Assembly (NCBI GenBank): GCA_964615185.1
Contig: CAZTOS010000002.1
Location: 34,305 to 81,653, forward strand
Length of the DNA: 47,349 bases
Reading direction: 5' to 3'
Source: an uncultured Thermococci archaeon
Lineage (GTDB): Archaea > Methanobacteriota_B > Thermococci > Thermococcales > Thermococcaceae
Shown here: piece by piece, positions 30,838 to 40,403 of the stretch
How positions within the stretch are numbered: position 1 is the first letter of the stretch
Layout of the letters: each line of letters begins with the position of its first letter
Notes under the pieces: model-generated
Seen by the model: only the letters and a program-made list of their open reading frames with translations
What the model was told of the DNA's origin: nothing
Database searches by the model: none
Position numbers and translations under genes: made by a program

Positions 30838-31380
30838 ATGATAATTGCAGTGAGCGGAACCCCAGGAGTTGGAAAGACTACAGTTGCAAAACTTTTGGCA
30901 GAAAAACTTGGATACACGTATGTTGACCTTAAGAAATTCGCAATTGAGCATGGAATTGGCGAGATTAAAGAAGATGAGCTTGAAGTTGAAATTGACGAGC
31001 TATCATACTTCATTGAAAAAGAGCTTAAAGGAAAAAATGTTGTTCTTGATGGACACCTGAGTCATCTTATGCCTGCCGATCAGGTCATAATCCTACGCTT
31101 GCATCCGAAGATTATTGGGGAAAGACTAAAGGAAAGAGGCTACAGCAGAGAAAAGATAAGCGAGAACGTCGAGGCTGAATTGGTTGACGTCTGCTTAGTA
31201 GAAGCAGTTGACGAGCATGAAAATGTAATCGAAGTAGATACTACAGGAAAAACTCCAGAGCAAGTCGTTGAAGAAATTTTAGAGCTTTTGAATAAGGGCA
31301 TTAAAAAAAGAGTTGGGATTGTAGATTGGACTCAAGTTTATGATGAAGTAATTCCATACTTAAATTTAGGGGGTGAGTGA
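30838..31380 (+). CDS. AK6/Fap7-type adenylate kinase
   Basis: [31 protein letters not shown]. Confidence 0.9.
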   Translation: MIIAVSGTPGVGKTTVAKLLAEKLGYTYVDLKKFAIEHGIGEIKEDELEVEIDELSYFIEKELKGKNVVLDGHLSHLMPADQVIILRLHPKIIGERLKERGYSREKISENVEAELVDVCLVEAVDEHENVIEVDTTGKTPEQVVEEILELLNKGIKKRVGIVDWTQVYDEVIPYLNLGGE

Positions 31381-31381
31381 G

Positions 31382-32260
31382 ATGGGACTTGGGTTATGGC
31401 TAAGGACTGGCATATTAATGGCGTTCCTTACTGGATTGTTGATGGCGCTTGGATACGTACTTGGCAATGAAACTGGATTAATCTTCGCATTTATATTTGC
31501 TTTAGTCATGAACTTTTTCAGCTACTGGTACAGTGATAAGATTGTTTTAACGTGGTACAGAGCAAGGATAGTTGATGAAATGGAAGCCCCAGAGCTTTAC
31601 CGCATAGTTGAGGGACTTGCGAGGGAGGCTGGTATTCCAACTCCAAAAATAGCTATAGTACCCACTGATGTTCCAAATGCATTTGCAACGGGGAGAGATC
31701 CGAAACATGCAGTTGTTGCAGTAACCCAAGGCTTGCTGAGAATTTTAGACAGAGATGAGCTTGAAGGAGTGCTGGCTCACGAGATAAGCCACATAAAGAA
31801 CAGGGATATACTTATCCAAACTCTGGCAGCGGTTTTGGCTGGAGCAATTATCATGATTGCCAGATGGGCTGGCTGGATACTCTGGCTTGGCGGCTTTGGG
31901 GGCAGAGATAGAGATAGAGATGCTGGAAGCGCTTTAGGCGCGATATTATTAATAGTTCTTGCTCCAATAGCTGCAATGATGATTCAGATGGCAATAAGCA
32001 GAACAAGGGAGTATTTAGCAGATGAAACTGGAGCAAAGATAAGCGGCAAACCATGGGCATTGGCAAGAGCACTTGAGAAAATTGAATATTACGTCTCAAG
32101 GAGACCTTTGAAAGAGGGCAATCCAGCTACAGCTCATATGTTTATTGTAAACCCGTTTAGAGGAGTAAGCCTTGCAGAGCTGTTCTCAACACACCCACCA
32201 ACTCAAAAGAGAATCGAAAGGCTTAGGAAGATAGCAATGGAGATGGGAATGTACTTCTAA
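31382..32260 (+). CDS. htpX: Zinc metalloprotease HtpX
   Basis: [27 protein letters not shown]. Confidence 0.95.
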   Translation: MGLGLWLRTGILMAFLTGLLMALGYVLGNETGLIFAFIFALVMNFFSYWYSDKIVLTWYRARIVDEMEAPELYRIVEGLAREAGIPTPKIAIVPTDVPNAFATGRDPKHAVVAVTQGLLRILDRDELEGVLAHEISHIKNRDILIQTLAAVLAGAIIMIARWAGWILWLGGFGGRDRDRDAGSALGAILLIVLAPIAAMMIQMAISRTREYLADETGAKISGKPWALARALEKIEYYVSRRPLKEGNPATAHMFIVNPFRGVSLAELFSTHPPTQKRIERLRKIAMEMGMYF

Positions 32261-32414
32261 CGCAGGAGAGGAATCTCCTCCATCTCCTATCCTACCCACT
32301 CTTTTCTACTATTGGGGAAACTATGTTTCCCTTACCCTTCCTTAATTGTTTAATATGTAATTAAGTCATCGACAAGCATTTAAGCGCTCTTATGGAATTT
32401 ATTTGGTGGTCACT

Positions 32415-33557
32415 ATGAAAGCAGTAAAAGCAACTCTTTTATACGATGGATTGGGCAACATCAAAAAAGATGTCTACATTGTTTTTGACAAAGAGATTAA
32501 GGAAATCACAAAAGAAAAGCCCAAAGATGCTGAAATAATAGCGGAAGGTGTTGTGACGCCCGCATTTATTGACGGACACTCACACATTGGAATGGAGCGC
32601 TATGGTGAGCCTTATCAAGAGGGAGAAGCGAATGAAGAAATGGATTCAGTTCTGCCTTTAGTTGACGCTTTGTATTCAATCTACATGGATGACAAAGCCT
32701 TCAAGCACTCAATTGAGTTTGGAGTTCTGTATTCCTCAGTTCTGCCGGGAAGCGGAAACATCGTCGGGGGAAGGGCTGTTCTGATTAAAAACTATGGAAG
32801 GGACATTGAAGATGCATTCATGAAGTATGTGGGTGTTAAGGCAGCTTTTGGCTACAATCCAAGGTCAACTAAAGAGTGGAAGGGAACAAGGCCAAGCACA
32901 AGGATGGGAGCAATTGGAATTCTTCTCAACTGGCTCATAAAGACACAGAAGACAATTGCCCTGCTTGAAAAAGGTAAGAAAGAGCCAGAGGAAATTGAAC
33001 CAACTGTTGAAGCATTAATTCCAGTTTTGAAAGGGGAGGAACCTCTAAGAGTTCACGTGCATAAAGAGGATGATATAGCAGCGTTACTCATGATAAAGCG
33101 CAAGTTTAATCTCAAGATGACAATTGAGCATGCTTGTGATGTTCACAGCAAGGAAACGTTTGAGAAGATCAAGAAAGAAGGAGTCCCATTGGTTTATGGT
33201 CCGTTTGATGCTTTGCCATACAAGGTTGAGCTGAAGCATGAAGACTGGAAGAACGCAAAGTATCTCCTCGAAGTGAAGCCCCTATTTGGACTTATGAGCG
33301 ACCACCCGGTAACTCTGCAGTCAAATCTCTACCTCCAGCTTAGGCACTTCATACGCTTAGGAATGAGCAAGGAAGAGGCAATAAAGATTATAACATACAA
33401 CAACGCCAAGATTCTTGGAGTAGATGACATTTTAGGAAGCATCGAGAAGGGCAAGTGGGCTTCATTAGTTGTCTGGAACGGAGATCCGTTCCATCTTGAG
33501 AATTATCCAACACATGTGTTTGCAGAGGGAGAGCTGATTCACGAATGGGAGGTTTGA
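32415..33557 (+). CDS. Metal-dependent amidohydrolase
   Basis: PAFIDGHSHIG, HVH, EH, SDHPV, GSIEKGKWASLVVW. Confidence 0.9.
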   Translation: MKAVKATLLYDGLGNIKKDVYIVFDKEIKEITKEKPKDAEIIAEGVVTPAFIDGHSHIGMERYGEPYQEGEANEEMDSVLPLVDALYSIYMDDKAFKHSIEFGVLYSSVLPGSGNIVGGRAVLIKNYGRDIEDAFMKYVGVKAAFGYNPRSTKEWKGTRPSTRMGAIGILLNWLIKTQKTIALLEKGKKEPEEIEPTVEALIPVLKGEEPLRVHVHKEDDIAALLMIKRKFNLKMTIEHACDVHSKETFEKIKKEGVPLVYGPFDALPYKVELKHEDWKNAKYLLEVKPLFGLMSDHPVTLQSNLYLQLRHFIRLGMSKEEAIKIITYNNAKILGVDDILGSIEKGKWASLVVWNGDPFHLENYPTHVFAEGELIHEWEV

Positions 33558-33982
33558 TTTTCTAATATCCTTCTAATTTTCTCTACAAACTGTTTTGCTA
33601 ATTTTAAAGCTTCTTCTGCTTCTTCTGTAGGTGAGTAACTAACATCATACTGATCAGCATGTCTGAGTTCTCTCATTCTATCAAGTAGATCAACCCATTC
33701 CTGTTCTAATTTTCCTGTTTTTACATAGAATTCCTCAAGAAATCTGGCTACACAGAAATGGCTTTTCTCCCGCCATCCATCTCTAAAAAGCAAAGCTCTT
33801 GCAGAATGAAACATTGCTAAATATGAAGCAATTAATGAAGTTCTGTATGAGCCAAATTTTAAATTTGCTCCTGCTTCAACAAGCCATTCTTCAGCTCTTT
33901 TTAAGCTCAAAAAAGCTTTTTCCTTTGAGGGATCAATCCTTGTCAAAAGCCTCCTTCTTACACAGAGTTCAAAGTTGTTCAA
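33539..33982 (-). CDS. HEPN domain protein
   Basis: SYLAMFHSARALL, KSH, RELRHADQY; paired with an MNT gene. Confidence 0.85.
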   Translation of the reverse strand: MNNFELCVRRRLLTRIDPSKEKAFLSLKRAEEWLVEAGANLKFGSYRTSLIASYLAMFHSARALLFRDGWREKSHFCVARFLEEFYVKTGKLEQEWVDLLDRMRELRHADQYDVSYSPTEEAEEALKLAKQFVEKIRRILENQTSHS

Positions 33983-34508
33983 GACTTTCCCCCCATATTA
34001 TCATCGAACCATACACTAAGCTGTAATAAAAAATAGGATCTTCTTTTTTTAGTCTTTCGACTTTCTCAGGCGTGAGGACTAATAAATCCACTTTTCTTTC
34101 TAAGGCATCTTGAAGTTTTCTTTGAAACTTTGCAGTCCTCATGATGTCCTCTCTTTCTGTATAAATCCAAATATCAACGTCGCTGTCCTTTTTATTTTCC
34201 CCCCTTGAAAAACTCCCATATACAGCTAAACTCTTAATCCAGTCTTCCTTAAGCTGGGAAAGTTTTGGATACAGAATTAAGAAATTCAAAAATCTCTTAA
34301 GTCCCCTTGTTTTTGGAGAATCAAAAATCCTAAACTTTCTATCTTCTTTTTTTGCAATGCCCTCTTTTTCCAGCATATGGAGAACTTTTGACACAAGTCC
34401 TTTACTGACTCCCAGATTTTTCGCAGTTTCCTCTACCCCAACAATTTCCAGTTCAAGGACATAACTTAAAATTTTGATTCGTTCTTTTGTTGAGAGTAGC
34501 TCATGCAT
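33969..34508 (-). CDS. wHTH-fused minimal nucleotidyltransferase
   Basis: N-terminal HTH (VEETAKNLGVSKGLVSKVL) + YGSFSRGENKKDSDVD. Confidence 0.88.
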   Translation of the reverse strand: MHELLSTKERIKILSYVLELEIVGVEETAKNLGVSKGLVSKVLHMLEKEGIAKKEDRKFRIFDSPKTRGLKRFLNFLILYPKLSQLKEDWIKSLAVYGSFSRGENKKDSDVDIWIYTEREDIMRTAKFQRKLQDALERKVDLLVLTPEKVERLKKEDPIFYYSLVYGSMIIWGESLEQL

Positions 34509-34521
34509 GTTAGTAAATTTC

Positions 34522-34582
34522 GTTCATGATTTATGAACTTTTCGTTCACGTTTTGTGAACAGATTGTTCATGATTTGTGAAC
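34522..34582. promoter_or_regulatory. Three tandem palindromic operators GTTCA-N7-TGAAC at a 22-bp period
   Basis: Copies at 34522-38, 34544-60 and 34566-82. Confidence 0.8.
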
Positions 34583-34605
34583 AAGGAAAAAAGCTTTTAT
34601 ATCTT

Positions 34606-34623
34606 GTGCAACATATGTAACAC
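34606..34623. promoter_or_regulatory. Putative RHH antitoxin operator
   Basis: GTG-ca-ACATATGT-aa-CAC imperfect palindrome between TTTTATAT and the RBS. Confidence 0.45.
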
Positions 34624-34635
34624 GTAGGTGAGAGC

Positions 34636-34953
34636 ATGGAAGCTTTGAATGTAAAAGCTAAAAAGCGTTCACGAACGGTTCATGTTAGCGTAAGAGCACC
34701 GGAAAATGTTGTCCGAGGAATTGACTTGTTAGTTGACCTCGGATTATTTAAGGATAAGAGCGATTTCATAAATTACGCTCTCCAGGAGACACTGAGGAAA
34801 TACCTCTCAAACATAAAGCTCAACTTAACTCCCGAGATAGTGAATAAATATTTCGAAGCAGTAAAAGAGGCAAGCCCAAAGCTTTCTGAGGAGGAAATTC
34901 TTGAATTGCTGGAGGAAGTCCGCAATGAGCGCAAAATCAAAAGCGGTAGTTGA
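34636..34953 (+). CDS. Ribbon-helix-helix (CopG-like) antitoxin
   Basis: VHVSVRAP...IDLLVDLGLFKDKSDFINYAL. Confidence 0.82.
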   Translation: MEALNVKAKKRSRTVHVSVRAPENVVRGIDLLVDLGLFKDKSDFINYALQETLRKYLSNIKLNLTPEIVNKYFEAVKEASPKLSEEEILELLEEVRNERKIKSGS

Positions 34954-35377
34954 TACAAGTGTTATCGTTTCAGCAATTCTCGGAGATCCAGAGAAGGCGC
35001 CTGCAAAAGTGTTAAGGGCTATGCTTGAGGGAAAGTTTGAGGCCTACTCTTCTCGTGAAGCGATGGAGGAATTATATGATGTGCTCTTTAGTGAGAAAAT
35101 CATTGGACTTTTAAAGGGTAAAGGAGAGGTAGCAACACTAACATACGTTCTTGTGAATAGCGTCGTCAAAATTGTGAATCCAAAGAGGAAGATAGAACTT
35201 TGTAGAGACTCGGAGGACAACAAGTTCTTAGAGATCGCATATGAAGCAAAAGCGGAGTATATTGTTACACTCGACAGGGATTTACTTGAGCTAAGAGATG
35301 AGAAGAAAGAAGTGAAACTTTTTGAGCATCAGGTTAAAGTTTTGAGACCTGAGGAGTTTTTGGAAATTGTGGGGTGA
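34925..35377 (+). CDS. PIN-domain toxin (PIN_3 type)
   Basis: AVVDTSVIVSA, CRDSEDNKFLEIA, YIVTLDRDLL. Confidence 0.88.
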   Translation: MSAKSKAVVDTSVIVSAILGDPEKAPAKVLRAMLEGKFEAYSSREAMEELYDVLFSEKIIGLLKGKGEVATLTYVLVNSVVKIVNPKRKIELCRDSEDNKFLEIAYEAKAEYIVTLDRDLLELRDEKKEVKLFEHQVKVLRPEEFLEIVG

Positions 35378-35380
35378 AAG

Positions 35381-35910
35381 CTAAAATTTTTCAACTATAA
35401 GCCTCATCAGCTCCTCGTCCGGTCTGCCATAAACAAAGGTCAAGAGAATGTAGTCCATTTCCCCTTCATGAGACCGAAGACATCCTTCGCTATAATTGCC
35501 TCAAGCTCCGCCCGGATTTCCCTGTGCTCATCTTCGTCGGTGATTTCTTTTGCTTTTATTCCAAGTTCCTTAGTCATCTCATCATATGCATCCTCACGGT
35601 AGAGGAGTTTAAAGGCAAGCTCAACTGTGGTTCCAGTTTTTATGAGGTAATCAACCCATCCCCTTTTATCGAGTCTTATCTCCGGTGCCCATTCGAGACC
35701 CAGATGATCAAGAAGAGGTCTGAATAGAAATTCAGAAAGAAGAAATTCAGGTTTTGCAATCCCAATGCTCTCAATATAGCGTTTTGCATTATCCGTTCTT
35801 AGCCTTGACTTTATTTCCTCAATTTTAAAAGAATCAAGTTTTCCCTCAATACTGCCCAGAACAGCAATGTCATGCAGGTAATCCTCCACAAGCTTTTTAT
35901 TTATCCCCAT
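35381..35910 (-). pseudogene. Type IIG (Eco57I-like) restriction-modification gene remnant with large internal deletion and frameshift
   Basis: N-terminal PE..GWVDY nuclease start joined to C-terminal IRAELEAIIAKDVFGL; a shifted frame continues EMDYILLTFVYGRPDEELMRLIVEKF* (stop 35381-83). Confidence 0.7.
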
Positions 35911-35977
35911 AATGCTTCCACCTTATATACTTCAGACAAACGAATTTAAAAATTTAGCCAAAATGAAATCCACAGGA

Positions 35978-37252
35978 TTAAATCACCTTTAAAACCTTCT
36001 CCTCCCCAAGCGGCAACACTAAAGGCCTTGATAGATGCCTCCTTGCATCTGGCGGTACCTCATAGATTTTCCTCTCAAGCTTTCTTGGTACTTCAACTGG
36101 AATCAACCGCTTTGGCATTTTGTAACCGCACTTTTTGCACTTTAGATAATCCCCTTTGCTCTTCATCGTTCCGCCACATTTTGGACACTTCGGCTTCTTA
36201 TACTCAATTTTCTTAGCCAGCTTTATTGGATAGAACTTCTCAAGGTTGAGCGTCAAAACGCCTTCAAACTCCTTTACTCCTCCTCCTGCTATAATCTCGT
36301 CCCCTTCAATCAGCATTCTCACGTATTTTCTAAATCCTTTTGTCGGCTCGAATGCAGCAACCCTTAGCCTTCCAGTTCCGTCGTCAACTTCAAAGAAGAC
36401 ATGCCTTCCTTTCTCCCAGTATCTTCTCACGACTTTTGCTTTAATTACAGCATTATCGAATTGTTTAAGCTCTGCAATCTTTTTGAACCTTAAATGTTCA
36501 TCCGTGCTCTGATTCGTCTTGAAAATCTGGTAAAATTCGACCGGCTCTTCGATTGTTATGCTCTCAAAAGCCAGCAGAATTCTGTTTTTGTTAATTCCTC
36601 TAATCCCAACCAGAACAGGATCTTTGCCATGTGGGGTAATTAAGACTGTTCCCTTATATGGATCAACATTATCGTAGGTGAAAGGATAGAACTGCTTATC
36701 CATTTCAAAAACGCTCTCTCTATTTACTTTTCTTGGAGTTCCCCAGAACTCTCTTTTGCGGTATGCTAAAAGCTCGTAAGTGAATTCTTTAAGAGGATGC
36801 CCAATAGCAGCTAAAGCTCCCACAATTCCCCTTCCACACTTAAACTTGTGGATTTCAGCATTAACATCTTTAGCGACTTTCTCTGCCTCTTCAATTGTCA
36901 CATGCTCCCAAATAGTCCTGTAGGTAAACTCAGTCAGCTCTTCTGGAATTTCTCCCTCTAAGAATACCACACCTGGATTCGTGTTCTCATGAGTTAAATC
37001 AGCCAATTTTTCAACCATCTCAAGAACAAGTCTTTTAATTTTCGGAACATCTTCTTCATTAGCTTCAAAGTTCATCGCAACTGCGCCATTCCCTCTCGTT
37101 TTATAGGGAACATTAGGATTCAGCCTAATCAGCTTCGGCAAATCTAAAGGCTCCGCTAACCTTGAGATTTCTCTATAGAGCAAAGCTCCAAGATAAGTTG
37201 TGCACATGCCGTTTGGTGAGTCAGTATCATCAATTCCTATGTGGAGCATCAT
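35978..37252 (-). CDS. tiaS: tRNA(Ile2) 2-agmatinylcytidine synthetase
   Basis: [34 protein letters not shown] fold, CPKC..CKKC, RRHLSRP. Confidence 0.95.
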   Translation of the reverse strand: MMLHIGIDDTDSPNGMCTTYLGALLYREISRLAEPLDLPKLIRLNPNVPYKTRGNGAVAMNFEANEEDVPKIKRLVLEMVEKLADLTHENTNPGVVFLEGEIPEELTEFTYRTIWEHVTIEEAEKVAKDVNAEIHKFKCGRGIVGALAAIGHPLKEFTYELLAYRKREFWGTPRKVNRESVFEMDKQFYPFTYDNVDPYKGTVLITPHGKDPVLVGIRGINKNRILLAFESITIEEPVEFYQIFKTNQSTDEHLRFKKIAELKQFDNAVIKAKVVRRYWEKGRHVFFEVDDGTGRLRVAAFEPTKGFRKYVRMLIEGDEIIAGGGVKEFEGVLTLNLEKFYPIKLAKKIEYKKPKCPKCGGTMKSKGDYLKCKKCGYKMPKRLIPVEVPRKLERKIYEVPPDARRHLSRPLVLPLGEEKVLKVI

Positions 37253-37851
37253 GTTTCTTCCTCTAAGAGCTTTATAGCCTCAACAAGGGCTTTAAAAGCT
37301 TTTTCAAGGTTTTCAAGTTTAGACGTCTGAATTAACTTTGTACGCTTTTTAATGCCTGTTGTCCTGAGAAAAGTTTTAATTGCACTTTTTAATGCTTTTA
37401 TATCTAAATGGGGAACTGCAACGAGCTTTTCTCCAGTTTCCAGCCATATCAACTCCGCTATATGTTCCTCTATAGCCTTTTCTTTTCCGAGGACGACAAG
37501 ACAAATTTCAATCTCTCTTGATCTTATTTGATACGGGTTATTTCCTGAGAGCGAATATTGCGTAAATATTTCTGAGAGCTTCTGGTGAAGTTTCTCTTCG
37601 CTGAAATGCTCTCTATCGAGTAGAATCAAATAACGAGTATGGCTAGTCAGTTTAAAAACCTCGTCAACGGCATTTAATGCTTCCAGTCCAGTCTTCTTGG
37701 AATAGCTACCCTTTGGAAAGAGGAGAACCTTATCTCTTCCATTGTATCTTTCTGCAAGTGCAGACAACACTTCTTTCTCAGTTCTCCCATCTCCCGTGAT
37801 TACAAAAGCTACAACTCGCTTGTTTCCTGAACGCTCATCAATTACCCTCAC
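37249..37851 (-). CDS. TOPRIM-like hypothetical protein
   Basis: VITGDGRTE and ILLDRE resemble degenerate TOPRIM E and DxD motifs; follows an ABC-type ATPase. Confidence 0.55.
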   Translation of the reverse strand: MRVIDERSGNKRVVAFVITGDGRTEKEVLSALAERYNGRDKVLLFPKGSYSKKTGLEALNAVDEVFKLTSHTRYLILLDREHFSEEKLHQKLSEIFTQYSLSGNNPYQIRSREIEICLVVLGKEKAIEEHIAELIWLETGEKLVAVPHLDIKALKSAIKTFLRTTGIKKRTKLIQTSKLENLEKAFKALVEAIKLLEEET

Positions 37852-37862
37852 TGAAAAACACC

Positions 37863-38828
37863 TCAGATTTTGAGCTCGCTCACCAGCAATCTTGGGTCAA
37901 TATTCCCCTCGAGTATATCCTCGAGTTCGTCTATATCAAGCTCTTTATGATGCAGAATATCCTCTTGATCTTTTCTGAGGAGTATAAGCTGGGCATCGAA
38001 GTTGTCAAGTTCTTCATTTAGGTCTGCTAAGTAATAAAGCACGTCAATGCTGTGCGTTGCTATGACTACCTGCCAGTCTCCTTGTGCGAGCCACTTAAGG
38101 AGCATTTTAATCATTGAGGGATGCAGAGATGTGTCAAAATCGTCCCAGAGTATGAGCTTAGGCTTCAAAAGCTCAGCAACCATCATTATTCTTGCCGCTT
38201 TTTTTACGCCATCCCCCATATCATCAATGTGTATGTATGAGGCATCTTCTCTTCTCAGATACCAGCCATCTTTTTTGAGGACTATCTCGGTGAACCTCTC
38301 ATCGAGATGCTTACTTATCATTTTGGCAACTTTTGTGTGGATGTTTTCTTTAATTAATGCTTCTTCATTTTCATCTAAGAACTCGTCTAACTCTTTTATG
38401 AACTGAGTGTCATGTGGAAAATATAAGCTCTCTTTAAATTTTAACAACCTAGATTCTACTTTTCGATTGTTTTGGAAAACTTTACTCTCTCCCTTAGAGG
38501 ACATAGTGATAGTCCATTCATCAATGCCTCTTCCAATTTCGGCTTTAAATTTTAATGATGTTATCCCCTCATATTTGTATATGAGACTTTTGAGACCACT
38601 CCGTCTATTTCCAATAAAACTCTTTATCCCCCAAGGTTTAGGGAATAGTTGATACGTTCTGTCTGGATCAGGAAACAAAAACAAAGCCTCAAGCAAAGCC
38701 GATTTTCCCGAATTATTTTTCCCGATGAGAACATTAAACTTTCTGAGCGGTAAAGGTTCAGCAAGCTCCTTAATTCCTCTAAATTCCCTGATCTCTACAA
38801 TTTCCCCAATTAACATTCTGCTCACCAT
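37863..38828 (-). CDS. ABC-type (AAA_15/AAA_21, OLD-like) ATPase
   Basis: EFRGI, IGKNNSGKS, MGDG, LILWDDFDTSLHP, IATHS. Confidence 0.85.
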   Translation of the reverse strand: MVSRMLIGEIVEIREFRGIKELAEPLPLRKFNVLIGKNNSGKSALLEALFLFPDPDRTYQLFPKPWGIKSFIGNRRSGLKSLIYKYEGITSLKFKAEIGRGIDEWTITMSSKGESKVFQNNRKVESRLLKFKESLYFPHDTQFIKELDEFLDENEEALIKENIHTKVAKMISKHLDERFTEIVLKKDGWYLRREDASYIHIDDMGDGVKKAARIMMVAELLKPKLILWDDFDTSLHPSMIKMLLKWLAQGDWQVVIATHSIDVLYYLADLNEELDNFDAQLILLRKDQEDILHHKELDIDELEDILEGNIDPRLLVSELKI

Positions 38829-39398
38829 TTACCTGTTGTCCCCAACATTCTTAATGTTTTCCCATTCCTCTTTAAACAGCTCGTAAAATAAAACATCCGC
38901 AAAGCCTTCCTCTGGAATGTGAACGTGCTTTCTTAGCCTTCCCACAAGCTTAAAGCCGTTCTTTTCAAGAACTTTTTGTGAAGCGACATTGTATTCATAG
39001 ACTCTTGCATAAACTTTCCTTAAATTAAGCCATTTGAAGCAGTACTCCAAGACTAATTTCACAGCCTCCGTTGCATATCCCCTTCCCCAATATTCCTTGT
39101 TCAAAAAGTACCCTATTTCAGCATGCCCATTCTTGTGGTCAATTTTATGAACCCCAATCAGCCCAACGAGAGAGTCACTCTTATTCTCAATAACTGCAAA
39201 AATTCTGTGTCTCTCCTTTTCTCTTCGAATTCTCTCGTACCACTCCATTTCATCCTCAAAATAGAACACAGCGTCTGGTGAAGATAAATACCTCCTCACA
39301 TCCCTATCATTGTACCACAGCCAGACCTTTGGGATGTCCTCTCTCAATAGAACACCGAGAGAAACCCTTTTTCCAGTTAGGATTATAGGTCTCTGCAT
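38829..39398 (-). CDS. RimJ/RimL-family GNAT acetyltransferase
   Basis: AEIGY, YWGRGYATEA, NVASQKVLEKNGF. Confidence 0.9.
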   Translation of the reverse strand: MQRPIILTGKRVSLGVLLREDIPKVWLWYNDRDVRRYLSSPDAVFYFEDEMEWYERIRREKERHRIFAVIENKSDSLVGLIGVHKIDHKNGHAEIGYFLNKEYWGRGYATEAVKLVLEYCFKWLNLRKVYARVYEYNVASQKVLEKNGFKLVGRLRKHVHIPEEGFADVLFYELFKEEWENIKNVGDNR

Positions 39399-39440
39399 GT
39401 CATACACCTTAAATTTTTAAGTTCCTTTTCCTATTTATAA

Positions 39441-40403
39441 ATGATGATGGGAAAGGAAAGACTGATTAGAGTTGTTGAGAGCATCTTGCGGGGCACGGGA
39501 TTTAGGACCGCGAGAATGGAATTTAAAGGTGCATGCTTCGATTTAGTGGGGAGTAGGTTATTCTTATTGCTCTTCATCAAAGTTTTACAGAACATTGACA
39601 CGCTTACAAAGGAACAAGCTGAAGATTTAAAGCGCTTGGCTAAGTTCTTCCAAGCCTCACCGCTGATAGTTGGGCTCAAGACCAAAAACGATGAGCTTGA
39701 GGAAGGGGTAGTTTACGAGCGTTTTGGAATCTACGCATTAAATCCGCAAACCCTCTACGATGTGATAGTTGAAAATGAATTGCCAGCAATTTTCGCCGAA
39801 AGAGGAGGTTTTTATGTCAAAATTAATGGCGAATATCTCAGATATTTGAGGGAGAAGTATGGATACAGTATTGGTGAACTCGCCGAGTTATTAGGGGTTT
39901 CAAGAAAAAGCTTGCAGAATTATGAAAGAGGGGAACAAGCTGTCAGCTTGGATATTGCCCTCAGATTAGAAGAGATATTTAACGAGCCTCTGGCTAAGCC
40001 TATTGACATTCTGCACGCAAAAGTTGAGGCCAAGCTTGATGTAAAGCCAGAGAACAAGCTTGAAAGGGAAATCTTTGAGCGCTTAAAAGCTCTTGGGATG
40101 GGTGTTGTTAAAATCAAGAAAGCTCCATTCAATGCAATTTCAAAAGAGGATGAGTTTAAGATTTTAACAGGGATAGATCAAAGAAAAACCAAAACAACTG
40201 TAAAGAGGGCTCAGATGGTTAACGAGGTCAGTAAAATAATCCACAGCGATGGAGTGTTCATTTTGGAAAAAACGAAGACAGAAGTTGTTGGGGAAATTCC
40301 GTTGATACCTAAAAAAGCTCTCTCAGAAATTAGGGATGCTGACGAGCTAATTAAGATGATTGAAGAGCTGAAGAAAGAGATAAAGAAAAAGGTCTTTAGC
40401 TGA
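39441..40403 (+). CDS. Conserved archaeal HTH transcriptional regulator (COG1395-like)
   Basis: CFDLV..IKVLQNID, GVVYERFG, RGGFYV, HTH ELAELLGVSRKSLQNYERG. Confidence 0.85.
   Translation: MMMGKERLIRVVESILRGTGFRTARMEFKGACFDLVGSRLFLLLFIKVLQNIDTLTKEQAEDLKRLAKFFQASPLIVGLKTKNDELEEGVVYERFGIYALNPQTLYDVIVENELPAIFAERGGFYVKINGEYLRYLREKYGYSIGELAELLGVSRKSLQNYERGEQAVSLDIALRLEEIFNEPLAKPIDILHAKVEAKLDVKPENKLEREIFERLKALGMGVVKIKKAPFNAISKEDEFKILTGIDQRKTKTTVKRAQMVNEVSKIIHSDGVFILEKTKTEVVGEIPLIPKKALSEIRDADELIKMIEELKKEIKKKVFS

Noticed and set aside
32261..32345. Short hairpins after htpX (GGAGAGGAATCTCC; GGGAAAC-TAT-GTTTCCC) as a possible ncRNA
   Set aside because: No C/D or ACA boxes; compatible with a terminator or intergenic sequence
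34522..34582. Possible mini-CRISPR array
   Set aside because: Units are 17 bp with 5-bp gaps, no unique spacers and no cas genes; fits operators
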